From the IMG/VR virus record IMGVR_UViG_3300032182_000187, positions 1-64,000 of that record: a stretch of 64,000 bases of DNA; one strand, 5' to 3'. The notes below the pieces were generated by a model. It was not told where the DNA came from. It ran no database searches and saw only the letters and a program-made list of their open reading frames with translations. Numbering within the stretch: the stretch's first letter is position 1; the number at the start of each line of letters is the position of its first letter. Positions 20,001 to 29,000 of the stretch are shown in pieces. Source of the stretch: a virus. The position numbers were made by a program, and so were the translations under genes.

Positions 20001-21470
20001 GATGTAAGCTTGTACACCTGTAACTGTGTCAAATACTACTTCATTGACTAATGCAGTTGCACCAGTGTTAACACCTCTTAGAGATAGACCAGCGGTAAGC
20101 TGGTTTAAACCAGTGTTTGTCTGGAAGGTAACTCTCTCACGATTTGGACCAAAGATCTGGTGACCAACTGGGAAACTTAATCCAAAGTCTCCATTAGCAG
20201 ATGCATCAACTTCAATTCTTTGCTTGTCATCGAAGACCATAGCAAAGTCCCACGTTGCAACAGAGTCGCCGTTGGAATCAATTTGGTCACGATAGGTAAC
20301 ACCGATGACATAGTTCTTGTCACCAAATTTGAAAATATGCTTTCTTGGGTTTGCTGGGCGGATGATAACCAGACGCAGGTTGTCACCAACAACCGATGCA
20401 TCGGGAGGAATGGAAATTGGGTTATCTTCTAGATAATCACCGCCAGCAACGATAATTGTTTCTTTGACGCCAGGTGTTTTCCATGCTTCCTGACATGCTT
20501 TTTTAATTGTTCTTACAGGAGCAACAGCAGAACGACCATCGTTGTCGTCACTACCAATAGTCTGCGAAACGTAGATACGACCACCAACGTCGTTCTGTGC
20601 TAGGTTCAGAACATATTCTGTAGTTGCAATCTTGTCAGACTTATCACCCAGGAGAGGTGTGATAGATCTTGGATAGAGACCTGAGTCACCAGTCTCTTCG
20701 TAGTAAGGTTGAGTATCGTCAACAATACGGAAACCAATATGCTTCAGTTGTGCGGTTCCGTTCGCCTCAATACCATCAATGTGTGTAGGAGCAGAGGTTC
20801 CAGTAGTACCAGTTTCAATAACCTGATATACATTACCACCAAAATATCTAAAAGTATTCTTCTGAACAATAACGTTAGGTGCCCAGAGAGTACCACTGTT
20901 GTTAATATAAGTTTTTAAGTTTGGTGCTCTAAAGTTTGCGTCTGGAGTAACGAAGTTATCGATATCCAGGTTTAGAATTCTCGCCGTGTCTGAAATGATC
21001 GACGTAGATGTTCTAATAGCACCGTTAATGTCAAGTTCAAAGTCAACAGTATCTAGGAATGCGATACCAACAGCACCAGTACCATTACCACCACTAATTT
21101 GTACGACTGGAGCAGTTTCGTATCCATCACCAGGATCATCAACAATAATCGCACTAACTTGACCATTGAAAATTGCCGCCGATGCCAATGCTTGACGACC
21201 ACCCTCCAAAGTTGGAGCACTAAGTTCAACTGTAGGGACTAAGGTGTACCCACTACCACCCTGTCCATCGGGAATATCAATTCTTTCAACTCTTTTACCA
21301 GTTCTATTAATACCTACCCTAGGTAGACCTGTCTCAGCGTCTAACTGTGCTCTAAAGATCTCCCTCTCTGTTGCCCCAGTTCCAGCACGAATTACATAAG
21401 TTTGGTCTGCGATAACCGATGGGTTGACCGCCCTTAAAATTTCCTTATCAGAATTAAACTGAAAACTCAT
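11001..21470 (-). CDS. Giant multidomain tail fibre / virion structural protein (3489 aa)
   Basis: GxGY..P repeats, beta-helix cap (IYVSQTIGSDDNDG..PVRTIKKA), ~95-aa TYDPxTG repeats, LDADLLDG fibre motifs and C-terminal SAGPLTI..TISAGSAWSVV; late promoter upstream. Confidence 0.85.
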   Translation of the reverse strand: MSFQFNSDKEILRAVNPSVIADQTYVIRAGTGATEREIFRAQLDAETGLPRVGINRTGKRVERIDIPDGQGGSGYTLVPTVELSAPTLEGGRQALASAAIFNGQVSAIIVDDPGDGYETAPVVQISGGNGTGAVGIAFLDTVDFELDINGAIRTSTSIISDTARILNLDIDNFVTPDANFRAPNLKTYINNSGTLWAPNVIVQKNTFRYFGGNVYQVIETGTTGTSAPTHIDGIEANGTAQLKHIGFRIVDDTQPYYEETGDSGLYPRSITPLLGDKSDKIATTEYVLNLAQNDVGGRIYVSQTIGSDDNDGRSAVAPVRTIKKACQEAWKTPGVKETIIVAGGDYLEDNPISIPPDASVVGDNLRLVIIRPANPRKHIFKFGDKNYVIGVTYRDQIDSNGDSVATWDFAMVFDDKQRIEVDASANGDFGLSFPVGHQIFGPNRERVTFQTNTGLNQLTAGLSLRGVNTGATALVNEVVFDTVTGVQAYISGTANIEILSGSFISGETFEYFITTPYTPTNVTYDPQTGISEFTVPNHGFANGDKIRINIESLGFTCDMDGNTNVKYYPRSSDPIANQFLTISAATTNTFELDVGDSQLVNHQVSYATYDPASGVAVLTIGTHTLTVGTSIKLRTESLGFTCSQDGYSSVHFYPRTTDPAYDTAVEILEVTSTTITINVGASGPDDQYEHAFDSALANAVISGGNYPHTFVSARANALDYLDAEYEFVSTDIQSIRAEGEVVFTNEPGEVEYPISRIDFSLQGTDEVATGGFQYGWDGAGPEDLGGIVFYTNALIGRQNVHELKEGQEILIEGLPTSGPDLSFLNGKQRIYKVLEDADGRSRRFVIPKKTSVITDSNFEPGNLAKVSSASKGVTLSLLNSPNKFDMATPVARRFQDASLQIRNNIDFIADEVVGRVNDEFKKEYFAVYDVDGTPTQQFTPTDVTYDPATGLSTFTVANHGLSVGDGVKIEEDSIVFTCAMDGNNTEHTAPQSHHYATGKAIPIESVTTNTFTLNVGASGPNQLYTPTNATYDPATGNLVLTIGTHQLDVGEGIVIDDNSLTFTCTMDGNDAAKTYPRPGHDLFSQRSIPITAISENTITVNVGASPANKYFQPTDVAYNASTGDMTVTVGQHGLQVGKHVVLEDNSFAFTCDQDGNTQVHTYPRAGQDPYSGKSIEITNVGFTSHTPTDAVYDAAAGTIQFTLASHGFADGDYIMVEDNALTYSCVLDGNTVNKSYPRTNYDYASNRYFEIDNVTQDGFRINIGGSDYTGAHTLVSIATDAIRRQTGTFTINVGDAGTASGSTHTFVSAQPGAIKFEPQSTHTFVSATAEAVKHLPQSAHTFVRAATNALSVGGDEFKLFLGPSRFVHDYVSGGTVTFGGSTYNITSFVYDNTVTGAATITTDSAIPGLANDSIVQLADILLECTVDNVVTQKTYPSFNIPVSDNKCRRDIRHFLNAVIRDLEYGSNYNVIDAAKKYIQGTQIATYIDNEIIQTVRAIEYARELAIFAMRKWRTGTGLPTDPVYTAQYTSLPKYIDPTILEDLTQPGVEHCANVKSAINVLSYLFVDVLTNDASGTKLDAGYLIARNRDFIADEALGKTEAQYPSLLLNDINQRKCRRDINYIITALIRDIILGGNAAIVTNAEEYYSGTILTGIPEAQRDETIYAFEQVRDLCILAMRNWATLGGAGAVYTPVHSPIPLFTDSSILVDQLGTPYCAGIESAITTSFTLLNDILRGDIAPGGTVKNYGTLLDTVDLYTYPDVTIYDANGTVLTPRSDFDDFPIIEASPYTQNSSIISFLGGGGALIDGSRVKQPNCPFAGLELDGSATFPNQGKSMVAAAFTIVSFGGIGYKVINDGYTQLVSVFVIFCADGVLSESGGYASITNSATNFGIFALRAIGFREEAYIFDVGTITNVSATPTGRTIFTVDGLGREPLEHYIVKIDGFENVSAEIEYFIDAVDAVTVGPPFSAQLTIDSGSGGGAEFKNIATQQAVSTTSLNGETIRLHRPSIVNSSSHTWEFAGSGTNYNSLPENGGVKVEANEQVSERYGRVYVSGTDELGDFKVGVFARIENRTGNITFTGTVTISEVEFLKLKGGDVVVTGFDASNTLGGANSTDSKLPTQKAVKDYITNNLGPYINKPYSTNAVPRALVELTDSGKISVDQIPALRPFSVFTVPDATARTSIEGALAGDIAIQQDTSTSFILNNDLDSLFVSFPVDPTLSFTLGDIFTGSQSNGQIQATEYRTGVVFQIIITDPGSGYTSPPVITITGGQPTAGNIQASATAEIANGQVVVVEIQEFNGLIGGKGYTVQPTVTFSAPSGSGTQATGSALIENRLYGDIVNRLKLTEADTINSSDLPPTVVNVTRVVNTSSFNSNNWVSLSSNQIAASDITSGVIETARLALNSNAANSFTFLRGDQSYALAVQSIKGAETRYFARLYSDASIGGQQLIFTTNSDTLLGHEVVANVVGIQENTNIDGVLTSGGLTTVSISNPLIATIPAGTIIEFERGASPITFESSYTQGTFVDNIVVAEGGSSFTDGQYFDQTLSGGTGTGLKANVIVSGGEVTELTVTDGGLNYNADFNITSLPAEIGSGVGLVLQAKISTVNKQFANVSVDVLRATNQTISADEYGTIGVSRFRKSQFEIGESGNGSITLKTGADSGLDADLLDGVQGAYYLDASNLNAGTVPTDRMSGTYNISISGQSGNTLRLVTGVTNPTSSPSPNLFSSGIIADTRNNTADGLLDGGQRHLVMTIRNFGSGFDATGGGARQLAFTDNDNMWLRGSGTTLDDWGSWGKVWTSLNDGPGTDLDADKLDNRQGIWYQNAYNMNFGELSDNRLPDFFTPKSIQDSLDILSISGNARYRIYISGAILTSSPFLPGNPINLYNNLAQSVGEIQITQIVTNDETDNFNDFTIIYGVLQSGTFDGAETIGEANNRVAFQDFTLDSTGTFQVARLESDGGTANLRLGRKDGIPSSPGIYFRSSEQAAANYNTAIIATGGNSTDSSGTLDVQVVNADGFSINGNTVWNTGNITFNTGSVANTGVIRDANGGFGAGTITLDAGAELVGSASLNVLKSGDTMSGPLTITGVLATTQALSISGRADFLSNVTIATDLSVATDVLYVDSTDRRVGIGHNNPQSLLHIITPNDGSIEGNDVWAIFEEQTSNHGRIQLGYTAGSPQIGFSDRTDDQFWAIGADDSNVGYFTVSFDGTSVPTVNSSAGSGSNAGAVRMQLNSTGTLFLGTTGTTATDYKLHVAGNIYTSTKLLINDASNNNGAPIEFKGSTGFRNFRIGNQLLADDVFDITPSDSNGGVDWGTTPAIAIKGNTRRVAINTTAFSGTDPEDNTLRNYQLNIQGDVNFNGQLFQNNAEFVTSRWTEAQNELDIFRASKVWINADPTANGFTGNPDYGLQVSGSFGINGASFTSGANTEVFYVNGDRQYIDSYGIFKTNRTIISEDVTIPSNTNAVSAGPLTINNNVTITISAGSAWSVV

Positions 21471-21505
21471 TTCTCTCTCGCTGATGGTGGGATAATCCTA
21501 TAGTA

Positions 21506-21512
21506 TATTTAG
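21506..21512 (-). promoter_or_regulatory. Late promoter variant CTAAATA
   Basis: Intergenic, upstream of the giant fibre gene. Confidence 0.6.
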
Positions 21513-21514
21513 CA

Positions 21515-22024
21515 TCAAGTCCAATCAATACTAATGACTTGTGCCACTGCTACCCACTTAATTTCGTTGGTAGTACCCGCTCTAACTGTTGAATAACTAA
21601 ACTTATTTGCACTACCACTATCGAAAGGAACGCATGTCCATTCTTGACCTGATGGAATACTATCTTTGATAATAGTTTCCATTGTGGAAAGTGTTTGTAC
21701 CTGACCCGCAGCATCATTAGTTACAACAGACTCAAATTTCTTTGAGATGTTTCCACCACCGCTATCATTGACGCCAATAATATGCGCTGTAATAAAATTA
21801 ATTGTATTATTAGGTAAGGTGATTTGAGAACCAACATTATCCAAGGAGAGAACAGCGGTGTTCAATCCTCTAAGAATAAACGTGGTTGCCGAACTATCGG
21901 TAAATGTTTGATTCTTTAATTCTAGACTATTTAGATTCTGGGCATCGTTGAGTTCGTTAACAATAGTAGTATTGCTAACTGAAAAACCATGTACAGAATC
22001 AAAAGTTGAAATGTTTGTTGCCAT
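21515..22024 (-). CDS. Probable virion structural protein
   Basis: 169-aa S/T/N-rich, beta-rich ORF in the tail module (FDSVHGFSV..WVA). Confidence 0.7.
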   Translation of the reverse strand: MATNISTFDSVHGFSVSNTTIVNELNDAQNLNSLELKNQTFTDSSATTFILRGLNTAVLSLDNVGSQITLPNNTINFITAHIIGVNDSGGGNISKKFESVVTNDAAGQVQTLSTMETIIKDSIPSGQEWTCVPFDSGSANKFSYSTVRAGTTNEIKWVAVAQVISIDWT

Positions 22025-22025
22025 C

Positions 22026-25000
22026 TTACTTATTTACATAACTGGTGATTGTTACATTACAAGAGTTTCCAAGATTTAGATCTGGATGTAGAGATACGTT
22101 AACTCTAACATTGTTTAATGCATTATAATCAAAAGTTGCAGTGAACAAATCAATTCCAGTCTTGATGTTACCGTAATCAGTATATACAATATCTGTACCA
22201 TTATCTATAACAGAAAGTTCAAGTTGTTCTTTCTGGTTTAGAGTAGTATTTTCGACTGTAATTAAAATTCTTGCTCCTTTATCTGTAGTTTTATAAACTT
22301 CAGTACCAAAAGTATCATTTGTTCCTTTTACCAAAGTAGAAACAGCAGATTTGATTCTAACATCAGCAAACTCAACTGTTCTCAAATCTCCACTAACCAT
22401 GGTCAAGAAATCTGGAACTCCACCACCATTTGGGAAGTTAACATTGTATTTAATATCACCTGTATCAGATAGTCTCAAGAACTTGTCAATGGTAAGACCT
22501 TGCGACATACCAATGTCAAAGTGCTCTCTGGTGGTATAGAGATAAGTCTGAGTAGTATCACTATGCTCTAGAACCAGAGCACCATTCTCGAATGTCAGAC
22601 TTTCAATATTAACATTCAGATTATCTGTTGTGGAGGAGAATACATCTTCAATACCATCAAAGATAAATTCATTCTCAGTAACTCTAACAGTGTTTACACC
22701 GTTGTTGTAGAAAAACAAAGTGTTCTCGTTTTCGCCAGGAGCAGTTTCTGGGATGATGTACGTGTTACCATCAACGTCACGAACACCACCAAGAGAAGAC
22801 CAGTTGTTTCCATCATAACCTTCATATTGAAGGATGTCTGTGTTAAATCTAATCGAACCAGTTACTGCAGCACCTCTTTGGTTGTTATCTCCAACAGGAA
22901 TTTTTAAAGAACTTGCTGCATCAATAGAAACTTTCTTACCAGAGTTTGGTCTAATAATTAAGTCATTGATGTCTGTAGAAATTACATTTCCAAGGAAACG
23001 AAGTTCTCCACTAACAACGAGTGGAGTATCTCCAAATGGGTCAATACGAACTTCAGAAATTTCTTGGAATGTTAGAGCATCTACAGCAGTAGCAATCCAC
23101 TGTAGAGTTGCAGTACCATTGATAAATGGATCTCCGCTAGTATCGGTTGGTTCGTTACCAGATGTTGCGGTAACACCAGCACCGACAACCTCATAGATGT
23201 TGTTTCTGTACTTGAGTTTTGTGGTGGGTGTAGTAACCGTTACAGGAATATTTGCAAACCACTCTGTATATGTTGGTGCGGTGGTGTTTGCAGATCTAAT
23301 CTTCTTAGTGTTTCTAAAGTCTAAGAAGTTTCTTGTTACCTGTAATGTATTAACGTTATCGTTGTAGAAGTACAAAGTATTGTCATTTGCACCTGGGAAT
23401 GCTTCTGCATCGATGTATGTGTTGCCGTCAAGGTCTCTAACACCGCCCAGAGAGGACCAGGAAGACGTTGTTTCGCTGTATCCTTCATATTGGTTCGTTT
23501 CGGTGTTAAAGCGGATTGCACCGTCTTGTACCTGCCCCACAAGAGGTCTTGCAGACGTATCACCTTTGGGGATAACCAGTGCTGTCGCAGAATCAATTTT
23601 AGTAATCTTTCCAGCAGCAGGAGCAATAAAGATACTATGGTTTGTAGTAGCAGAAATAGTATCATTAACAATGCTCAGAACATCATTGACATTAATTTTG
23701 TTGGTAGTCTTGATAATACCATTAGTATTGAGAGTACCAGTGTCTCCATTGACTGTAAAATTATCACCAAGCGATAATGATGTGCCAGTAAAGATAATCT
23801 CTCCACCCAAAGCAGTAATGGAGGTCAGGGTTGTTTTGTCTGCGTTCAATTCTAACGCAACTTCTGGTGTTACGGTTCTTGTGAATTCTCCCTCGTCTCC
23901 AGTGATATCTGTTGTTGTGATAGTTTCTACGTTTACATCAGTACCTGTGATAGAAGAAACATTGAAAGAACCATCAGCAACAGCACCTGTAATAATATCA
24001 AGTTCTTGTACTTCAAATGCTAAAATTTCAAATCCCGAACCAAAAGTCTTGGGGTTATTGAAATCAATAGTAATTGAACTAGTACCAGACATACCTGGAT
24101 GGACGCCACAATAATAATACATAGTGGCTGGAGTAGTATCTGAAGGAGTGAATACTACATAATCGTCTGCATAAGTAACTTCAGCGCCATCATATTGAAC
24201 ACCAGCAAATACAGCAACAGCAGCACCAGGACTAGATGGAAATTCTGTTAACGTAATTGTATTGCCGTTAATTGCTTCAACAAAAGTATTCTCTGCAAAT
24301 TCTCCAGGTTCAGTCTCATTATTTGTAGTAACAGCCATGCCAACTTGAATCGAGGAGGCATCAGTTACCGTAATATCTTTAGAATCAGTAGCAACAGTTA
24401 CAGTCTCGGAATATTGATTGTGGATACCATCTTGGAAAATACTAAATCTGAATGGGTGACTACCAACATTCTGGACATCAAATCTATACCTATTGTTTAC
24501 AAATAAAGTTAAACTTGGGAAATTTTGAACATTGCTACCATCTTCAGAATCATCTAAAGTGTATCTATTGACATCTTCTACTGATGCTACACTATGAGTT
24601 GAATTACCAGTAACATTATACCCAACATCTGCACTACCATCTGCCCAAGCAACTACAATACTTGCAATACTGCTGCCACTAAGATTAACTTCTAATACTT
24701 CACCAGTCGAAGTAAGACCTTCACTATCAGACGGGTCAACCGTAGTAACAGTTTGTCCTGGTGAATATGCACTATTGGGAACAGTGCCAGTGAATGTAAT
24801 TAATTGACCCGAAACCGTACCTACAATATAGTCAATAGGTTGTGTTAAATCAAAAGGATTTACTGTTAATACGTCTCCATCGGCGTAACCATTACCAGGG
24901 TTATTAACTGCAATTGCAGTAACAACACCAACTTTATCAATAGTATAAGCGTAACCACTGCCAGCATCTCCCCAAGGAACTGTTAAAGTTAATACTATTG

Positions 25001-25853
25001 TTCCAGTAGTAGAAGCACTAGTGTTTAGTGTAATTGAATTATTTTCAGAATCGACTCCACTAACAACAATATCCAGAGGATTATTCTCAGGATCTAAAGG
25101 TGTAGTAAGAGCTCCAGTGCCGCCAGTTTGGGTGACGATCATACCTTCAATAATACCAGCAACACTAGAAATTCCAGTTACGGTATTTTGGTCCTGAGTT
25201 ACAGAACCACTAACATTAGATACTGATGTTGGTAGAGTTAAGACATCTCCTACTTGGTAACCTTCTCCATAAACCTCGATATTTGTAGTACCAAATCCAC
25301 CGTTAATAAACAGAATACTAACAAGGTTACCTGTACCATTACCACCTTGTAGGGGAATATTACTATATTCTGTACCACCCTCTGGACCAACATAGACATA
25401 GTTTTGTCCAGGGGTAGTAGTACCACTATACTCAGAAACTGTGATATTATACGATCCACTTTCACCAGTACCACCAAAGACAGAAATATCTTCGTAACCA
25501 CCTACATCATAATTTTGACCCGATGCCTGAATTTCACTACCTTCAGTAAACAGAGTTGCTTTTCTAATAATAAAGTCTCTATAGTATACAGAACCAGAAT
25601 TACTGTATTCAAAAATTCTTTTAGTTGCACTAACAAATGTTGCAGTATTCTGCTCAGATTTATATAAACCTAATTGTAAATCTGAAGTAAATGCTAGAGA
25701 AGGTTCATTCTTTGTACCATCACCTAACTTCAGATTTCCTGTGGCGAGATCACTACCACCAGCAGCAAATGCGAAGACGTTCTCTGCTATCGTATTGATT
25801 TTTTGCCTTTGAATTTCAAAGGTATCTGTTTTTGCTACATTAATTGCTGGCAT
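22026..25853 (-). CDS. Virion structural / baseplate-fibre connector-like protein (1275 aa)
   Basis: N-terminal TDTFEIQRQKIN, two IRFNT..YEGY..WSSLGGVRD.DGNTYI repeats and a cupredoxin-like motif. Confidence 0.78.
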   Translation of the reverse strand: MPAINVAKTDTFEIQRQKINTIAENVFAFAAGGSDLATGNLKLGDGTKNEPSLAFTSDLQLGLYKSEQNTATFVSATKRIFEYSNSGSVYYRDFIIRKATLFTEGSEIQASGQNYDVGGYEDISVFGGTGESGSYNITVSEYSGTTTPGQNYVYVGPEGGTEYSNIPLQGGNGTGNLVSILFINGGFGTTNIEVYGEGYQVGDVLTLPTSVSNVSGSVTQDQNTVTGISSVAGIIEGMIVTQTGGTGALTTPLDPENNPLDIVVSGVDSENNSITLNTSASTTGTIVLTLTVPWGDAGSGYAYTIDKVGVVTAIAVNNPGNGYADGDVLTVNPFDLTQPIDYIVGTVSGQLITFTGTVPNSAYSPGQTVTTVDPSDSEGLTSTGEVLEVNLSGSSIASIVVAWADGSADVGYNVTGNSTHSVASVEDVNRYTLDDSEDGSNVQNFPSLTLFVNNRYRFDVQNVGSHPFRFSIFQDGIHNQYSETVTVATDSKDITVTDASSIQVGMAVTTNNETEPGEFAENTFVEAINGNTITLTEFPSSPGAAVAVFAGVQYDGAEVTYADDYVVFTPSDTTPATMYYYCGVHPGMSGTSSITIDFNNPKTFGSGFEILAFEVQELDIITGAVADGSFNVSSITGTDVNVETITTTDITGDEGEFTRTVTPEVALELNADKTTLTSITALGGEIIFTGTSLSLGDNFTVNGDTGTLNTNGIIKTTNKINVNDVLSIVNDTISATTNHSIFIAPAAGKITKIDSATALVIPKGDTSARPLVGQVQDGAIRFNTETNQYEGYSETTSSWSSLGGVRDLDGNTYIDAEAFPGANDNTLYFYNDNVNTLQVTRNFLDFRNTKKIRSANTTAPTYTEWFANIPVTVTTPTTKLKYRNNIYEVVGAGVTATSGNEPTDTSGDPFINGTATLQWIATAVDALTFQEISEVRIDPFGDTPLVVSGELRFLGNVISTDINDLIIRPNSGKKVSIDAASSLKIPVGDNNQRGAAVTGSIRFNTDILQYEGYDGNNWSSLGGVRDVDGNTYIIPETAPGENENTLFFYNNGVNTVRVTENEFIFDGIEDVFSSTTDNLNVNIESLTFENGALVLEHSDTTQTYLYTTREHFDIGMSQGLTIDKFLRLSDTGDIKYNVNFPNGGGVPDFLTMVSGDLRTVEFADVRIKSAVSTLVKGTNDTFGTEVYKTTDKGARILITVENTTLNQKEQLELSVIDNGTDIVYTDYGNIKTGIDLFTATFDYNALNNVRVNVSLHPDLNLGNSCNVTITSYVNK

Positions 25854-26037
25854 CTCTTACGATCTCTCTAAGAAGTTGTTTGATTTCAGATAGTTCTTCC
25901 TTCAATGTATTTATGTCATGTTTCATACTATGAAACTCAGATGAGACTCTCCTACTAGAGATTTTATCTTTGTTGATAATTGCTCCAGTAGAAGAGTCTC
26001 TAACTAGGTTTGGATGACCTTCAACTTGTATGTACAT
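25840..26037 (-). CDS. Conserved small hypothetical protein
   Basis: VEGHPNLVRD..TGAIIN plus coiled coil, typical after VrlC-like genes in T4-like phages. Confidence 0.75.
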   Translation of the reverse strand: MYIQVEGHPNLVRDSSTGAIINKDKISSRRVSSEFHSMKHDINTLKEELSEIKQLLREIVRDASN

Positions 26038-29000
26038 CAGTAGGAAGCGACTACACGCAGATCTTGAATTTTAGGTGCGTACGCTGGGTCGGAAGATTTC
26101 ATAACTACTTTAATAGCAAATGAAGTGAACTCGGAAACATCCTGAACACTAAATTCATATTCCTGATAAGAAGACTGATCTTCAGCAACTGCGGAGATAG
26201 AATTTTCTGCAGTTGCTAGATCATCATTGTCAGACAATCCATTACCATTGAAGTATGTCCAATTAATGTCTTCAAAGTTGAGTTGAGCAGAAGACTCCTT
26301 AGTCTTAAACAAGACTTGGATATTTTCTCTTTCTTTAACATTTACAGTCATCTTGACATTAATAGAAGTTCCTGGTTCATTGATTGAAACTTCTTTTGTT
26401 ACATACTTAGCAAGAGAAGAACTATTTCTAGAGTCTGTTTCTGAAGTAAAGTCAACACCATTTTCAAATGACATTCCATTTACAGTTACATAATAATCAT
26501 CTTGAGACTTAATAATGTCACCAACTCTAAAGATATCAGACGCTTGGTTTTCTTGCGTTCTTACAAAAGGACTATCTTTAAGAATAGCTCCTTCGTAATT
26601 ATTGTTGATAGGAGCATATGGATTTTCAACAATCAACTCCTTATCATCAGCATCCCAAGAAATTACTGTGCCATCAATAATATTGGCATAGTTAAAATTA
26701 AAGTTGGATGGGAAGTATCCAAATACATTAGTTCCTTCTGTGAAATTAAATTTCTGTTCGGAGATAGTATTAGCAGATAGAGCAATTCCAGATAACGCAA
26801 TGCCATCTGCACTCTTAGTAACTAGACTTTCGCCAACCTTGAATACTACAGAAGAAGACAATGCAACTAAACAAATGTTGCTGTCATATGATAGCAATGT
26901 TCCAGTTGCTTTTGAAGTGACTCCTTCAATCTGTACTCCAGGAACTAGAACACTAGTATCAGCATTTGATGGAATAATACTTACACCCAAATTGTATAGA
27001 GGACTGAATGACAGTTTCTGATACTTCTTGCCAAATCTCTTCTCCTGACCTGTAGAGTTGTCAATTCTATTAGTAGAAGTTTTAACTGAAGCAATATTCA
27101 GATCAATTACTGGAGACAGGTAAGAAACATTAGAAGTCATGTTAACTTTATAAGTCAACGATCTGTCAATAGCATTCAAAGTAGAATTAATTCTAGATGC
27201 AATAATTTTTTGATTAGTAAAATAATGCTCTTGGTTTAAGAAAGTCCTCTCATATGCAGATTGTGTATACGAAGGGAAGTTAACAGAATTAGAATCTAAA
27301 GCAGTGATATTGGTAGTTTCTACCTCGGTATCAATAGTAGTTCCTTCTAATTGTAAGTAAGAAATTTGGGCATAAAGTTTTTCATATTTTCTGTTATATG
27401 TTGCAAATACAGAATCGCCACCACCAAACAAACTAGATCCTGCTCTAGTTGGCATTTCAATAACATAAGAATCAAGACCAGAGTTTTTGACATCAAATAG
27501 TTTTGCATTCAATACAGTAGAAGAGATACCGCCAACGTCTTCAGATCCTCTAAAGTATACAGAAGACATACCAGCATCTTCAAAACCATGATCTCTGTGG
27601 TAAACTTTTACTAATGTATTATTGTTCTTGAACAAATCAGAAGTTGCATTGGAACTAGATCTTACACTAGTTTCAAATGGAGCCGAAGCAAGTTTTTCAT
27701 AACCAAGATCTTCAGTAGTGAGGAGAAGATTTGCTTTAACACTAGTATCAAATTCTGCTCTGTAAAGAGTAAACTTGATATCTTCAAACAGATCTTCTGT
27801 CCAATTGTCAATATTCTGAGACTTGTAAACAGAACCAAGTAATGGTTGGGAGTTGACAGTGGTGCTTGTGGCAACCTCGGTTTCACCGAGTCTAGATACC
27901 CAGAGATCATATTCGATAGAATCAGTCTCTACAACTAGAGCATACTCAGTGTCATTCTGTAGATATACAGGATGCTCGAAATCAAAGTGGGTTGGAATCG
28001 TAGATGGGGTATCTGCGTTTGCATCAGTTGCAACACCCATTCTTACTGCAGGGGTGTCGATCTCGATTTTAGACGTAATGACAGCATCACCAGCACCCAG
28101 ACCTACACCTTTAATAACAACTGAAGGTGCCTCGGTATAACCACGTCCAGAAAGGACTAATTCGGAAGCATAGATCTTGCCTTCCGAAACGAACACGTTA
28201 CCAGTTGCAGTAGATCCACCTGGAAGTTGTGGACTTTCAATAGTGACAGCAGCAGTTTCATAATTAGAACCAACCTGCTCTACTTTGAGGTCTACCAATT
28301 TACCAGAGTCTTTGGCAATATTAATAATAACTTCTTTATTTCTGGTGTTATTAAATTCAGTTACTGAAGGAATAATAAGTTGCTCGTTAGGAACAAATGA
28401 GATGCCATTATGGTTTTCTAGAACAAGAGTGTAAACTTGCTCTTTGTTTAGTTGCAACTGAATTGAGTTTTCATCACCAACTTGGATGTTGTTTTTATCA
28501 AATACCCTTAGGATAGGACCAGATGCATTAGTAGAAGATCCTTTTACAAACTCTCCCTTCTTAACAGAAATGGTATCATTATCACCAGTAACAAAGATCT
28601 TTAGATATGTCTCAGGATACTTAATGGAAGTAGAACCTGGGATTACATGCTTGCCTGGTTTTCCAGTGTCAATATTTGTTAGGTAGGTTTTGATGGGAAT
28701 AGAAGTATCTTTATTCTGGAAGAATAAATCAACGCCCGTTACAAAACAACCACCACTAAAGTTCTCAACCTTAAAGGTTTGTGCAAGTGGATTTGGTTTA
28801 ACTTCTTGATCTGTATTGCTATTTACAGACTGAACACCTTCATTTGCTTTGAAATAAGCAGCAGATGTAGAAATAATTGAAGAAGGATTCTCTGGAAGGA
28901 TACCAGTAGAATAGAAAATCACGTCTGCATAAGAATTTGATGTAGACTTGTTAGAGTAATCTACTGCATCTGTGAACGTAATAGTCTTTTCACCAGAAGC

